64,000 nt of DNA from an uncultured Gemmatimonadales bacterium (GTDB lineage Bacteria; Gemmatimonadota; Gemmatimonadetes; Gemmatimonadales; GWC2-71-9): NCBI GenBank assembly GCA_963795085.1, contig CAWCFX010000002.1, forward strand, positions 96,001 through 160,000. Direction: 5' to 3'. This document shows positions 30,356 to 40,664 of the stretch, in pieces. The notes under the pieces are model-generated. The model searched no databases. It was not told the origin of the DNA and worked only from the letters and a program-made list of their open reading frames with translations. Made by a program: the position numbers and the translations under genes. Numbering within the stretch: position 1 is the first letter of the stretch; the number at the start of each line of letters is the position of its first letter.

Positions 30356-32916
30356 CAGAAAGTCGCGGTGGCGCCCGCGAGTACCCTCCGGCCGATCACC
30401 GAGCCGCCGTAGACCTGGTAACGGCGCTGGTCGAAGATATTGGTGCCCACCGCGTGGACCCGGAGCCAGCCGGTCACCTGGTAGCCGGCGCTCAGGTCCA
30501 GGGACTGGCTGGACGGAATCTCGCCAAAGAAGGTGCCCGCGGCCCAGTCATACGCCGACACAAACCGCCCCGCGATCCGGACATCGAACCCATTTCGCCC
30601 CCGGTAGGAGGCCGACAGGTTCACCTTGTGCTCCGGCGTGTTGGGCACCAGCTTGTCGCCCGCCGCCACACTGGCAGAATCGACCTCGAAATCGAACAGC
30701 GTGTAGTTGCCCTGCACCTGGATCTCGTCGGTCACCTGGATGCCGGCGGCCAGTTCAATGCCATATTCCTTCGCCTCGCCCGCGTTGCCGTAGGAGACCA
30801 CGATGGCGGTGCTGTCCCCGGTGATCCGGGTGAGTCCCGCCGCCGCCAGGAACTGGTTCTGCGCGATCAGCTGCTGGGTCACCGCATCTTCGACGGCCGA
30901 CCGGAACTGCTGGGGCACCTCGGGGGGCGCCGTCCAGCGACCGTAGTTGGAGTTGATGCCGGGAAGCAGGTCGGTGACGAAGTCGGTGAGCTTGCTGTAA
31001 TACCCGTCCACCGTGAGATAGACCCGGCGTCCGACCTGGCCCTTCCAGCCGAGTTCAAAACTGGTGACATGCTCGGTGTTCAGGTCCCGGTTGCCCAGGG
31101 CCAGGACCGGGACCGTGGTCGAAACGGTGAACAACGCGCCATCGGGAACCTGAGCCAGGGCGGGTCCCAGCGGGGACGCCCGGAGTCCCTGTTCCAGCGG
31201 ATACAAGTTGGCCGGGGCGGCCGCCGGCACCCGGAGATGCTGTTCCAGCACGCTGGGCGCCTGGAAGGCCCGGTTCACGGTGAAGCGCACTGAGTGGCGT
31301 TCGTTGGGACTGAACACCACCGCGCCCTTGGGGGAGAACTGCCCGGTGTAGAGATCACTGTCGTCGAACCGGGCCGCCCCGATGACCCGGATACGGGGAG
31401 TGAGGTCATACTCCACCTGGGTAAAGGCGGAGTAATAGGCGTCGCTGCGGTCGTCATCGACCAGGGCCATCAGGGTGCCCTTGGTATCAATACTGGTGTT
31501 GCGCGCGGACCCGCCCAGCACGATGCGGCCCCGGCCGCTCATGAATCCCCAGTTGGTCTGGGCCTCGCCATGAATCGAGGAGGACCGGTCCTCGATCGGC
31601 GCACCGGACGCGAGGCCGTAAGACGGCTCCAGCCCGACCCGGCCCCCGTACCAGACCATCAGGTGGTAGCGGTCCGCCGCCCAGGCGGCCCGGGCCCACG
31701 GCCGAACCGACCGTCCCACCTGCACCCGCCCGATGCCGGTGACCAGCACTTCGTTCTCGATCTGGGCGTCGCCGCCCTCGAGCGTCATCACCGCGCCGTT
31801 GGCGTTGTAGTAATCCATCCGCGCGGCGCCGTAGATGTTCTGCAGGTTGTCGCGGTCCCCGGTGACCTCGCCCGGGGTGCCAAAGGGGCCCGTCTTGGTC
31901 TGCCCGTTCAGGGCCCGCAGCTCGAACCCGGGAATCGGGGTGTTGACCGGCGCGTCGGCCGTGTCCACGGCCTCGCTGTATTCCTGTGCCAGGTCGCCGA
32001 TGTTGGTGCGGGAACGGGTCCAGGTATCGCTCCGGTAGTAACCCACGTTCAGCCGGTAGCCGAATTTGCCATCACCCAGGACATTCGCCGTGCGGAAGTC
32101 GCCGCGGAGGGTGCTGAGTTCGCCCCCGCTCACGCTCAGTTTGGTGCCGACGACCTCGCGGGCCAGCGGCGTCGTGATGTTGAGCACACCACTGTAGGCG
32201 TTGGCCCCGTACAGCGCGCTGCCCGGGCCCCGGATCATCTCCAGCCGGCCGAGGTCTTCCAGCGGAATGGACAACGCGCTCCACTCCTGGGATCCCAGAA
32301 ATGGAATGGCAAGATCCCGCCCATCCTGCAGCACCAGGACCCGCCGGTTCAGAGAGGAGTTGAATCCCCGGCTATTGATGTTGAAGTCGTTGACGCCGCT
32401 CTGGGCGACATCCACGCCCGGCATGCCGGCCAGCACCCGGGGCGCCTGGCCGGTCGCGGAAAGGTCCCGCGCCAGTGCTGGATCCACGATCGAAATGGCG
32501 GCCGGGGCCTCGACCAGCCGCTCAGGCGCGCGGGAGGCGGTGGTGACGATCAGGTCGCTCAGGGGGACCGGAATGGCCTCCAGCGCAAAATTGACGGTGA
32601 CCAGCGTACCGGTCACTACGTCCACCTGAACCTCGGTGGCCCGGAACCCGATCCACCGGGCCACCAGGGTTTGCCGGCCCGCCGGGAGGTTGCTCAACCG
32701 GTAGGTTCCCTGCCGTCCGGTCACCGCCTGGAGGTTGGTCCCCTTGAGCTGCACCGTGACGCCTTGCAGGGGCGTCTGGTCGTCTTGCCGGGTCACTGTC
32801 CCCCGGACTTCACCCGTGGTCTGCGCGATGCCCAGGCCCGGTACGGCCAGGACCAGCCCAGCAAACAGGAGGGCGTTCAGCAGCGTACGAAGGCGGGAAT
32901 GGTCCCGGTTCGGCAT
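30355..32916 (-). CDS. TonB-dependent receptor with N-terminal carboxypeptidase-regulatory-like domain
   Basis: Signal peptide; plug motif RLEMIRGPGSALYGANAYSGVLNI; C-terminal F. Confidence 0.94.
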   Translation of the reverse strand: MPNRDHSRLRTLLNALLFAGLVLAVPGLGIAQTTGEVRGTVTRQDDQTPLQGVTVQLKGTNLQAVTGRQGTYRLSNLPAGRQTLVARWIGFRATEVQVDVVTGTLVTVNFALEAIPVPLSDLIVTTASRAPERLVEAPAAISIVDPALARDLSATGQAPRVLAGMPGVDVAQSGVNDFNINSRGFNSSLNRRVLVLQDGRDLAIPFLGSQEWSALSIPLEDLGRLEMIRGPGSALYGANAYSGVLNITTPLAREVVGTKLSVSGGELSTLRGDFRTANVLGDGKFGYRLNVGYYRSDTWTRSRTNIGDLAQEYSEAVDTADAPVNTPIPGFELRALNGQTKTGPFGTPGEVTGDRDNLQNIYGAARMDYYNANGAVMTLEGGDAQIENEVLVTGIGRVQVGRSVRPWARAAWAADRYHLMVWYGGRVGLEPSYGLASGAPIEDRSSSIHGEAQTNWGFMSGRGRIVLGGSARNTSIDTKGTLMALVDDDRSDAYYSAFTQVEYDLTPRIRVIGAARFDDSDLYTGQFSPKGAVVFSPNERHSVRFTVNRAFQAPSVLEQHLRVPAAAPANLYPLEQGLRASPLGPALAQVPDGALFTVSTTVPVLALGNRDLNTEHVTSFELGWKGQVGRRVYLTVDGYYSKLTDFVTDLLPGINSNYGRWTAPPEVPQQFRSAVEDAVTQQLIAQNQFLAAAGLTRITGDSTAIVVSYGNAGEAKEYGIELAAGIQVTDEIQVQGNYTLFDFEVDSASVAAGDKLVPNTPEHKVNLSASYRGRNGFDVRIAGRFVSAYDWAAGTFFGEIPSSQSLDLSAGYQVTGWLRVHAVGTNIFDQRRYQVYGGSVIGRRVLAGATATF

Positions 32917-33169
32917 AGGATCTCCAGGAATGGCGGGTCAGTCGAGCGGGGAGCAGACGGGAACAATATGGAGTCCCCGCGGTAATCGCGCGAGGGTTTC
33001 CATAGCCCGGCTCCGGTCCCCTGGGAAGAAATCATGAAGAGGGACGCTTGCCCTCTCGCCCCGGTGACCTCATCTTCTCCGGGCGTCCCCCGACCATCTC
33101 CGGTTCTTCCGCGCCCGGCTGGACTCTCCGGCCCCGCGCTGCCGTCTCCTTCATCCCCATGTTTCGCCT

Positions 33170-34663
33170 ATGAGCGCCCTTTCGCGCCGGGTCTTCGTCA
33201 TCTCCGATCTTCACCTGGGCGGGGTGTACCCCAACCCGCCCGGCTCGGGGGCCCGGGGCTTTCGGATCTGTACTCACGCCCCCGATGTCGCCGCGTTCAT
33301 CGGCCGGCTGGCGGCCGAACCCGTCTCCCCGCCGGTGGAACTGGTCATCAACGGCGACCTCGTGGACTTCCTCGCCGAGGCGGACAGCCCCGGCGGATGG
33401 AGCCCGTTCACTGCCGATCCGGACCTGGCCGTCCAGAAGTTCCAGGCAATCGCCGCCCGCGACCAGGTGGTGTTCGACGCGCTGAAGCAGTTCCTCGCCC
33501 GGGGCCACCGGCTGGTGCTGACGCTGGGAAACCATGACCTGGAGCTTTCCTTCCCCGCAGTGCGCCAGGCCCTCCGCGACCTGATCGGCGCGACCGGCGC
33601 CGCGGATTTCGAGTTCTTTCACGACGGTGAGGCCTACCTCGTGGGGGATGCCCTGATTGAGCACGGCAACCGGTACGACGTGTGGAACATGGTGGATTAC
33701 GACGCGCTGCGGCACATCCGGTCGCTGCAGTCCCGGCGGCAGCCGGTCCCCTCGGAACAGCTGTTCCATCCCCCGGCCGGCAGCTTCATGGTGGCCGAGG
33801 TCATCAATCCCATCAAGACGTCCTACGCGTTCATCGACCTGCTCAAGCCGGAAACCGGGGCGACCGTTCCCCTGGTTCTCGCCCTCGAGCCCGGGTACCG
33901 GTCCCTGCTGGCGAAGGCCGCCAAGTTCCGGATCCAGGGCCGGGAACACCGGCTGGCGGGAGCGGCCATGCCGGCCTTCGGGGGCGATATCAGCTCCGGC
34001 ATGAGCGGCTCCACCATGGATTTCGGATCCGATATCTCGGCCTCTCCCGGGAGCGGGGGTAAGGACGAGCTGGACCTGGCGCTGGAGCAGGTGCTGGGTG
34101 CCGACAGCGCCGGGTTCTCCAGTGGCCTGGCCGCCCTGGCGCCGCCCGGAGGGCAGATCGGCAGCGATATCTCCTCCGGCGGCCTGATCGACCGCGGGCT
34201 CAGCCTGCTCCGCCTGCTCACCGCCAAGGCGCACAGCGACAGCGCAGGCCGGCTGCCCCTGCTGCTCACCGCCTTTCAGCCGCTCCTCAAGGACAACTCG
34301 TTCGATCCCGCGACGGAAACGGCGCCCGAGTATATCAACGCGGCCCGCGACCTGGCCCAGCACGGGATCCGGCACGTGGTCTTCGGCCACACCCACATGC
34401 CCAAGCGGATCGGCCTGCCTTCCGGCGGGTGGTACCTCAACAGCGGGACCTGGGCCGATGTGCTGCAGTTCCCCCGGGAGATCCTGTCCGGCACCCGCGA
34501 CGAGGCGCTGGCCAAGCTGCAGGAGTTTACCCAGCTGATGATCAAGGGAGACTTCTCGGAGTGGACCATCTTTCAGCCGACCTACGTGCGGCTCGACGTC
34601 GGGGGCGACGGCGCGGTGGCGAATGCCGAACTCTGCCGCTACACCGAGGCCGGTCCGCTATGA
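33170..34663 (+). CDS. Calcineurin-like metallophosphoesterase
   Basis: ISDLH, NGDLVD, GNHD, EHG, FGHTH, YLNSGTW. Confidence 0.92.
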   Translation: MSALSRRVFVISDLHLGGVYPNPPGSGARGFRICTHAPDVAAFIGRLAAEPVSPPVELVINGDLVDFLAEADSPGGWSPFTADPDLAVQKFQAIAARDQVVFDALKQFLARGHRLVLTLGNHDLELSFPAVRQALRDLIGATGAADFEFFHDGEAYLVGDALIEHGNRYDVWNMVDYDALRHIRSLQSRRQPVPSEQLFHPPAGSFMVAEVINPIKTSYAFIDLLKPETGATVPLVLALEPGYRSLLAKAAKFRIQGREHRLAGAAMPAFGGDISSGMSGSTMDFGSDISASPGSGGKDELDLALEQVLGADSAGFSSGLAALAPPGGQIGSDISSGGLIDRGLSLLRLLTAKAHSDSAGRLPLLLTAFQPLLKDNSFDPATETAPEYINAARDLAQHGIRHVVFGHTHMPKRIGLPSGGWYLNSGTWADVLQFPREILSGTRDEALAKLQEFTQLMIKGDFSEWTIFQPTYVRLDVGGDGAVANAELCRYTEAGPL

Positions 34664-37206
34664 ACCGGGAGACCCGGGAGGCGATTGCCCGGATCGAGAT
34701 TGTCGATGCCGCGGGCCAGGTCATCAGCCGGGGAACCGGGACTCTGGTCGGTCCCGGGCTGGTGCTGACCGCGCTCCACGTGGTGGCGGATCGCCGCGCG
34801 GACCCGCCGCAACCGCTGCCCGGCCGGATCCGGCTGGTGTTCCCCACGGGCCAGCGGGATGCCGAGATTCACGGTACCCTGATGGACGCCAGGGCGGACT
34901 GGGTCCTGCTCCGGTGCGAGGAGCTTCCCAATGTTCCGCCGGTGCCGCTGGGCCGGCTCACCCAGGCGGGGGTGGACTGGGAAACCTATGGCTTTCCGGA
35001 TGCCAATCCCCGTGATGGCATGATCCAGACCGGGCGGGTCGAGGCCTGGGATGGAGAACTGGAAGGACAAGCGGCGCTGCAACTCTTCAGCATGGAAGCC
35101 GCCGCGGGCAATGGCGCGCCGGTGAAAGGCCTTTCCGGCGCGCCGGTGTTCGTGAACGAGTTTTTGGTCGGGCACATGCGGTTTGCCCTCATGCAGGACG
35201 GCCGCACCGTGGCCGGCACCCTCTACGCCTGCCCGGTCTCCACGCCGGAGACCGCCAGCGCCGGCCTGCTTGCCGTCGCCAACGTTCCATTCCGCCGCTC
35301 GACGACCACCGCCGTGGTGGAGGAGATGCGGGAAACCGAGCGGGGCACCCGGCGCATCGTCCTCGCGGGCCTGCTGGTGCTGGCGCTGCTGATCGGGGGG
35401 GCCGTCTTCTACTTCTCCCGCCCGCCCCGGCCGCCGAGCCCGGCGATCCGTACCATCGCCGTGCTGCCGCTCCGCAACATGACCGTGGACTCGGGCCGAA
35501 GCGCCGCGCTCGCCGGCGGCATCCGCGCGATGGTGACGACCGAACTGCGCCGCATCAGTTCCCTGCGGGTCATCGATCTGGATAACCTCAACATCGGCAC
35601 CCGGGGCACCGGCGCCACCCAGGGACCGGATCTCGTGGCCGCCGGGGTCACCGCCGAGGCCGCCCTGCAGAGCGAGGTGCTGCTGGAGGGCGGGGAAGTG
35701 AGCATCCGGCTCGCCCTGCTGCAGACCGTGGGGCGCACCAATGCCTGGAGCCAGGTCTGGTCCGACACCTACAAGGTTCATGGCAATACCGCCTTCCAGA
35801 TCCAGCAGGACGTGGCCCGGGAGGTGGTGGCCGAGTTGAGTGCCCGGTTGACCTCGCGGGACAGCCTGATGCTGGCCACCGCCCACACCAGCGACTCGGT
35901 GGCCGCGGAGTTTTTCATCCTGGGCAAGGACCTGCTGCGACGGGCCTACTTCGACGCCGACGCCGCGCGCCGGGCGGCGGTGATGTTCAGCCGCGCGGTG
36001 GACCGGGATCCTGGATTTGCCCTGGCCTATGCCTGGCTCTCCGAGGCGCACTCCCTGCTGCATTTCCTCGGCGCCGACCAGCGGGAGAGCCGGGGCGAGC
36101 AGGCCCTGGCCGCGGCCGACACCGCGCTGGCGCTCAATCCCGACCTCCCCGAGGGTCACCTCGCCCTCGGCGCCTACTACTACCGGGTCCTGAACCTGCC
36201 CGACCAGGCATTGCGCGAACTCAGGACCGCATCCCGGGCCCTGCCCAACAGTGCGTCCGCGCTGCTGCTCACCGGCCTGGTGTACCGGCGGCAGGACAGC
36301 TGGGCGGAGGCCGCGTGCGCGCTGCAGGCTGCGTCCGACCTGGAGCCCGGCAACTGGGGGCCGGCCTACTACGCCGGCGAGACGTTGCTCTTCATCCGGG
36401 ACTACGCCCAGGCGGCGCGGTACCTCGAGCGCGCCATCGCGGACTCCATCGACGCGTCGGGGATGGACCAGCGGGCCCGGGCCTTCGTGGCGCGGGCGCT
36501 GCTCCTGGTGGCCGCCAACGGCGACACTCTCCAAGCGCGTGAGGCGGTGGGGCAGATGTTCACCTGGTTCAGCAAGCCGGCGGTGCTGGCGGCCCTGAGC
36601 CACGACGAGTACCGGCCCCTCCTCGGCCTGGTCGACTCGCCGGTGCTCGATTCGCTGTTCGAAACGACTCCAATCACCGGCGACGGCGATACCACGGACT
36701 ACTTCCTCACCCGGGCCATCCTGGCCCGGCGGGGAAGCCAGCCGCTGATCAGCCGGGGCTTCTACGAGGTCGCGCTGGCCCGGGTGAACCAGGAGATCAC
36801 CCAGAACCCGCTGGCGGTACAGGCCTTCAGCGACCGGGCTGCCGCGCTGATGGGCCTGGGCCGTCACGCCGAGGCGCGCGCGAGCGCGGCCCGCGCGATG
36901 GATCTGCTGAACCACGGCGGGTTGGTCATGGGGTCGCGCACCGCGGCGGGGGTCGCCGTGGAATGGGTGCATCTCCAGACGCTGATCCAGGCCGGCGATC
37001 GGCGGGCCGCCATCGCCAACCTGCGGCATTCCCTGGAGGACCCCGGTATCCTCTCCCCCGATTGGATCCAGGCGGATCCCTCCTTTGCGCCGGTGGTCAG
37101 TGCGCCGGGGTACAAGGAACTCAAACACACCTTCTTTCAGCGTATTTCGTATCCGGTGCTTCGCCATGGGCCCGATCCCCGGGCCGCAGCGTGTCCGGCT
37201 CCCTGA
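34660..37206 (+). CDS. Trypsin-like protease-TM-TolB-like-TPR fusion
   Basis: LTALHVV, DWVLL and GLSGAPV triad motifs; TM helix IVLAGLLVLALLIGGAVFYF; IAVLPLRN; TPRs; ATGA overlap. Confidence 0.88.
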   Translation: MNRETREAIARIEIVDAAGQVISRGTGTLVGPGLVLTALHVVADRRADPPQPLPGRIRLVFPTGQRDAEIHGTLMDARADWVLLRCEELPNVPPVPLGRLTQAGVDWETYGFPDANPRDGMIQTGRVEAWDGELEGQAALQLFSMEAAAGNGAPVKGLSGAPVFVNEFLVGHMRFALMQDGRTVAGTLYACPVSTPETASAGLLAVANVPFRRSTTTAVVEEMRETERGTRRIVLAGLLVLALLIGGAVFYFSRPPRPPSPAIRTIAVLPLRNMTVDSGRSAALAGGIRAMVTTELRRISSLRVIDLDNLNIGTRGTGATQGPDLVAAGVTAEAALQSEVLLEGGEVSIRLALLQTVGRTNAWSQVWSDTYKVHGNTAFQIQQDVAREVVAELSARLTSRDSLMLATAHTSDSVAAEFFILGKDLLRRAYFDADAARRAAVMFSRAVDRDPGFALAYAWLSEAHSLLHFLGADQRESRGEQALAAADTALALNPDLPEGHLALGAYYYRVLNLPDQALRELRTASRALPNSASALLLTGLVYRRQDSWAEAACALQAASDLEPGNWGPAYYAGETLLFIRDYAQAARYLERAIADSIDASGMDQRARAFVARALLLVAANGDTLQAREAVGQMFTWFSKPAVLAALSHDEYRPLLGLVDSPVLDSLFETTPITGDGDTTDYFLTRAILARRGSQPLISRGFYEVALARVNQEITQNPLAVQAFSDRAAALMGLGRHAEARASAARAMDLLNHGGLVMGSRTAAGVAVEWVHLQTLIQAGDRRAAIANLRHSLEDPGILSPDWIQADPSFAPVVSAPGYKELKHTFFQRISYPVLRHGPDPRAAACPAP

Positions 37207-37219
37207 TCCAGGCGGATTT

Positions 37220-40200
37220 ATGGCTCGACTCTCCAACCATCTCGGCGATCTGCAGGATCACTACGCCGTCGTCGTCATCGGTTCCGGATACGGCGCGGCG
37301 ATCACCGCGTCCCGGCTGGCGCGGGCCGGACAGAAGGTCTGCCTGCTGGAACGCGGGAAGGAGTTCCAGCCCGGGGAGTACCCCGATACCGTGATCGAAG
37401 CCGGCGAGGAACTCCAGTCCAACACGCCGCTGGGGCAGGTGGGGTCCCGCAGCGGGTTGTATGAGTTCCACGTGAACGACGACATCAATGTCTTCAAGGG
37501 GTGCGGCCTCGGCGGCACCTCGCTCGTCAATGCCAACGTCGCGCTCCGGGCCGAGGACCGGGTCTTTGAGGACACCCGCTGGCCGGCGGAGTTCCGCCAG
37601 GACCGGGAGGGGCTTGCCGCCGGGTACCGGCATGCGGAGGAGATGCTCAAGCCGGCGCCCTACCCGGAGGACTGGCCGGCCCTGCCCAAGCTCCGCGCCC
37701 AGGAGACCTCGGCGCGCGCCATGAAGGAGCGGATCTACCGGACCCCCATCAACGTGAACTTCACCGTGAATGGCCCCAACCACGTGGGGGTGAACCAGCA
37801 GCCCTGTAACCTGTGCGGCGACTGCGTCACCGGGTGCAATCACGGGGCCAAGAACACCCTGCTCATGAACTACCTGCCGGATGCCGGGAACCACGGCGCC
37901 CACATTTTTACCGAGGTGGACGTGCGTTTCATCGCGCGGGAGGAGACCGGGTGGGTGGTGCACTTCCAGCCGCTCGATACCGGCCGCGAGAAGTTCGAGG
38001 CTCCGACCATGTTCGTCCGCGCCGACATCGTGGTGCTGGGCGCCGGTGCCCTTGGGTCCAGTGAGATCCTGCTCCGGTCGAGGGATCGGGGCCTGGACCT
38101 CTCGCCCGCCCTGGGGGGACGGTTCACCGGCAACGGGGACGTGCTCGCCTTTGGCTACCAGACCAAGGACGTGGTGGAGGGGTGCGGGTTCGGCCACCTC
38201 AACCCCAGCGGGCGGGCACCGGTGGGCCCCTGCATTTCCAGCGTGATCGACATGCGGGAGCAGCCGGTCCTCGACGACGGCATGGTCCTGGAAGAAGGGT
38301 CGATTCCTGGCGCGCTGGCGCCGATCGTGCCGGGGACGCTGGCTTTCTCGTCCACGGTGGCGGGGGCGCCCGAGCGGTCGGGCCTGCTGCAGGCCGTCAA
38401 GCGGTTCGGCGAGAAGGTCGCCAGCCTCGTCGAAGGTGCGCACCACGGGTCGGCCAATCGCACCCAGACCTACCTGGTCATGACTCACGACGATGGGTCG
38501 GGCCAGTTTACGCTGGAAAATGATCGGCTCCGCATCCATTGGCCGGGGGTCGGGTCCCAGCCGATCTTCGCCAAAGTGGAAGCCAGGCTGAAGGCCGCCG
38601 CGGAAGCCCTGGGCGGGATCTACGTCCGGAATCCGACCTGGAGCAAGCTCTCCAAGCACCCGCTGGTGACCGTGCATCCACTGGGCGGGTGCGTCATGGG
38701 CGAGACCGGCGCGGCCGGGGTGGTGAATCACAAGGGCCAGGTCTTCCGCGGCACCGGGACGGAGGTGCATCCCGGCCTGTACGTCAACGATGGCGCGGTG
38801 ATCCCCCGTTCCCTCGGCGTCAATCCTCTGCTGACGATCTCGGCGGTGGCCGAGCGGGCGGTGGCCCTGCTCGCCCGGGACCGGAACTGGACCATCGATT
38901 ATGCCCCCACCTCGGTCCCGGCCGCCACCAACGGACAGCCCCGGACCGGAATTCAGTTCACCGAGACCATGCGGGGCTGGCTCTCCACCCGGGTGCTCGA
39001 TGATTACGCGGAGGCGGCCAAGGCGGGTGAGGCGGAAGGGTCCAGCTTCGCCTTCACCCTTACCATCCGGTCCGACGACCTGGAAGCCATGCTGTCCACG
39101 CCGGAGCACGCCGCCAGCATCGTAGGCACGGTGGACGCTCCGGCGCTCTCGCCCCACCCGCTCACGGTAACCGGGGGAACATTTCAGCTCTTCGCCGCGG
39201 ACCCGGAGCATGTGCGGGGCCGGCGGATGTGGTACCGCATGCGGCTCACCTCGGAGGATGGGCAGCGCTTTGCCTTCGAGGGGTACAAGCTGGTCAACGA
39301 CGATCATGGCCCCGACGTCTGGCGGGACACCAGTACGCTCTATATCACGGTGCGGCGGGGGGAAGGCGAGGATGCCCCGGTCCTGGGGAAGGGGATGCTG
39401 CACATCAAGCCGGCCGATTTCGCGGTCCAGATGACCACGCTCAAGGTGCTCAATGCGCCCGGTCGGCTGGAACGGCTGTCGGCCACCCTGCGATTCGGGA
39501 AGTTTTTTGCCGGCTCGCTCTGGAAGGTGTACGGGTCAGTGCTGGAACGGTCCAGCTGGCTGGCCCCCGACGCGGCACCCCGCAAACGGCGGCCGCTTCG
39601 CCTGGGCCCGCCGGAGGTGCATCCGTTCATGACCGATGACGGCGTGGAGCTGCGGCTCACCCGCTTCAAGGGCGGCACCCGGGGTCCGGTGATTCTCGCT
39701 CCCGGCTTCGGCACCTCCGGGCTGGCCTATACCATCGATACCAACGAGACCAATCTCCCGGAGTTTCTCTACGCGCGGGAGTACGATGTCTGGGTGCTCG
39801 ACTACCGGGCCAGCCCGGAGCTGGCGTCCAGCGCCAACCAGTTCACCGTGGACGACATCGCGACGCTCGACTGGCCCGCCGCGGTAGCCCAGGTGCGCCG
39901 GGTCTCCGGGGCGCCCAGTGTCCAGGTGGTGGGGCATTGCGTGGGCAGTCTCTCCTTCCTGATGGCGATGCTGGCCGGTATGACCGGGGTGCGCGGAGCG
40001 GTCTGTTCGGCGTTGACCCTGTTTCCCATCGCCCCGGCCCTGACCGACGTGAAGGCGGCCATGCGGCTGGCATCCCTGCTCGACGCCGCCGGCGATCATC
40101 TCTGGCAGACCGATGCCGACTCCCACTCCTTCGTGGAGAGGGCCCTGGACAAGTTCATGCGGATCTATCCCAGCCATGAAGGGTGTACCAGTCCGGTGTG

Positions 40201-40609
40201 CCGGCGGATCCTGTTCCTCTACGGCGACGTCTTCCGCCACGCCAACCTCAACGATCCAACCCACGAGGCCATCCACGAGATGTTCGGGCGGGCCAACCTG
40301 ACGACCCTCAAGCACCTGACCCGGATGATCCAGAAAGGTCACGTGGTGGACCGGCTGGGACAGGACGTGTATCTCCCCAACGCCAGCCGGTTGGCCCTCC
40401 CGATTTCCTTCATCCACGGGGACATCAACCACATGTTCCTGCCCGAAGGCAGCGCGAAGACATACGAGTTTCTCCGGGAGAAGAACGGGCCGCAGTGGTA
40501 CACCCGGACGGTGATTCCCGGTTATGCCCACATGGACTGTTTCATCGGGCGGGACGCAGCGAAGGACGTGTACCCGGTCGTGGCACAGGAGCTGGACAAA
40601 CAGAACTGA
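37220..40609 (+). CDS. GMC (cholesterol oxidase-like) oxidoreductase fused to an alpha/beta hydrolase
   Basis: IGSGYGA, GLGGTSLVNA, CNLCGDCVTGC, TVHPLGG, GVNP; C-terminal GHCVG and YAHMD. Confidence 0.92.
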   Translation: MARLSNHLGDLQDHYAVVVIGSGYGAAITASRLARAGQKVCLLERGKEFQPGEYPDTVIEAGEELQSNTPLGQVGSRSGLYEFHVNDDINVFKGCGLGGTSLVNANVALRAEDRVFEDTRWPAEFRQDREGLAAGYRHAEEMLKPAPYPEDWPALPKLRAQETSARAMKERIYRTPINVNFTVNGPNHVGVNQQPCNLCGDCVTGCNHGAKNTLLMNYLPDAGNHGAHIFTEVDVRFIAREETGWVVHFQPLDTGREKFEAPTMFVRADIVVLGAGALGSSEILLRSRDRGLDLSPALGGRFTGNGDVLAFGYQTKDVVEGCGFGHLNPSGRAPVGPCISSVIDMREQPVLDDGMVLEEGSIPGALAPIVPGTLAFSSTVAGAPERSGLLQAVKRFGEKVASLVEGAHHGSANRTQTYLVMTHDDGSGQFTLENDRLRIHWPGVGSQPIFAKVEARLKAAAEALGGIYVRNPTWSKLSKHPLVTVHPLGGCVMGETGAAGVVNHKGQVFRGTGTEVHPGLYVNDGAVIPRSLGVNPLLTISAVAERAVALLARDRNWTIDYAPTSVPAATNGQPRTGIQFTETMRGWLSTRVLDDYAEAAKAGEAEGSSFAFTLTIRSDDLEAMLSTPEHAASIVGTVDAPALSPHPLTVTGGTFQLFAADPEHVRGRRMWYRMRLTSEDGQRFAFEGYKLVNDDHGPDVWRDTSTLYITVRRGEGEDAPVLGKGMLHIKPADFAVQMTTLKVLNAPGRLERLSATLRFGKFFAGSLWKVYGSVLERSSWLAPDAAPRKRRPLRLGPPEVHPFMTDDGVELRLTRFKGGTRGPVILAPGFGTSGLAYTIDTNETNLPEFLYAREYDVWVLDYRASPELASSANQFTVDDIATLDWPAAVAQVRRVSGAPSVQVVGHCVGSLSFLMAMLAGMTGVRGAVCSALTLFPIAPALTDVKAAMRLASLLDAAGDHLWQTDADSHSFVERALDKFMRIYPSHEGCTSPVCRRILFLYGDVFRHANLNDPTHEAIHEMFGRANLTTLKHLTRMIQKGHVVDRLGQDVYLPNASRLALPISFIHGDINHMFLPEGSAKTYEFLREKNGPQWYTRTVIPGYAHMDCFIGRDAAKDVYPVVAQELDKQN

Positions 40610-40664
40610 CGCGCCGGCGCCACAGCTTCTGCCATGGGGGGGGCGCGGGTATCTTTCGACCCTC

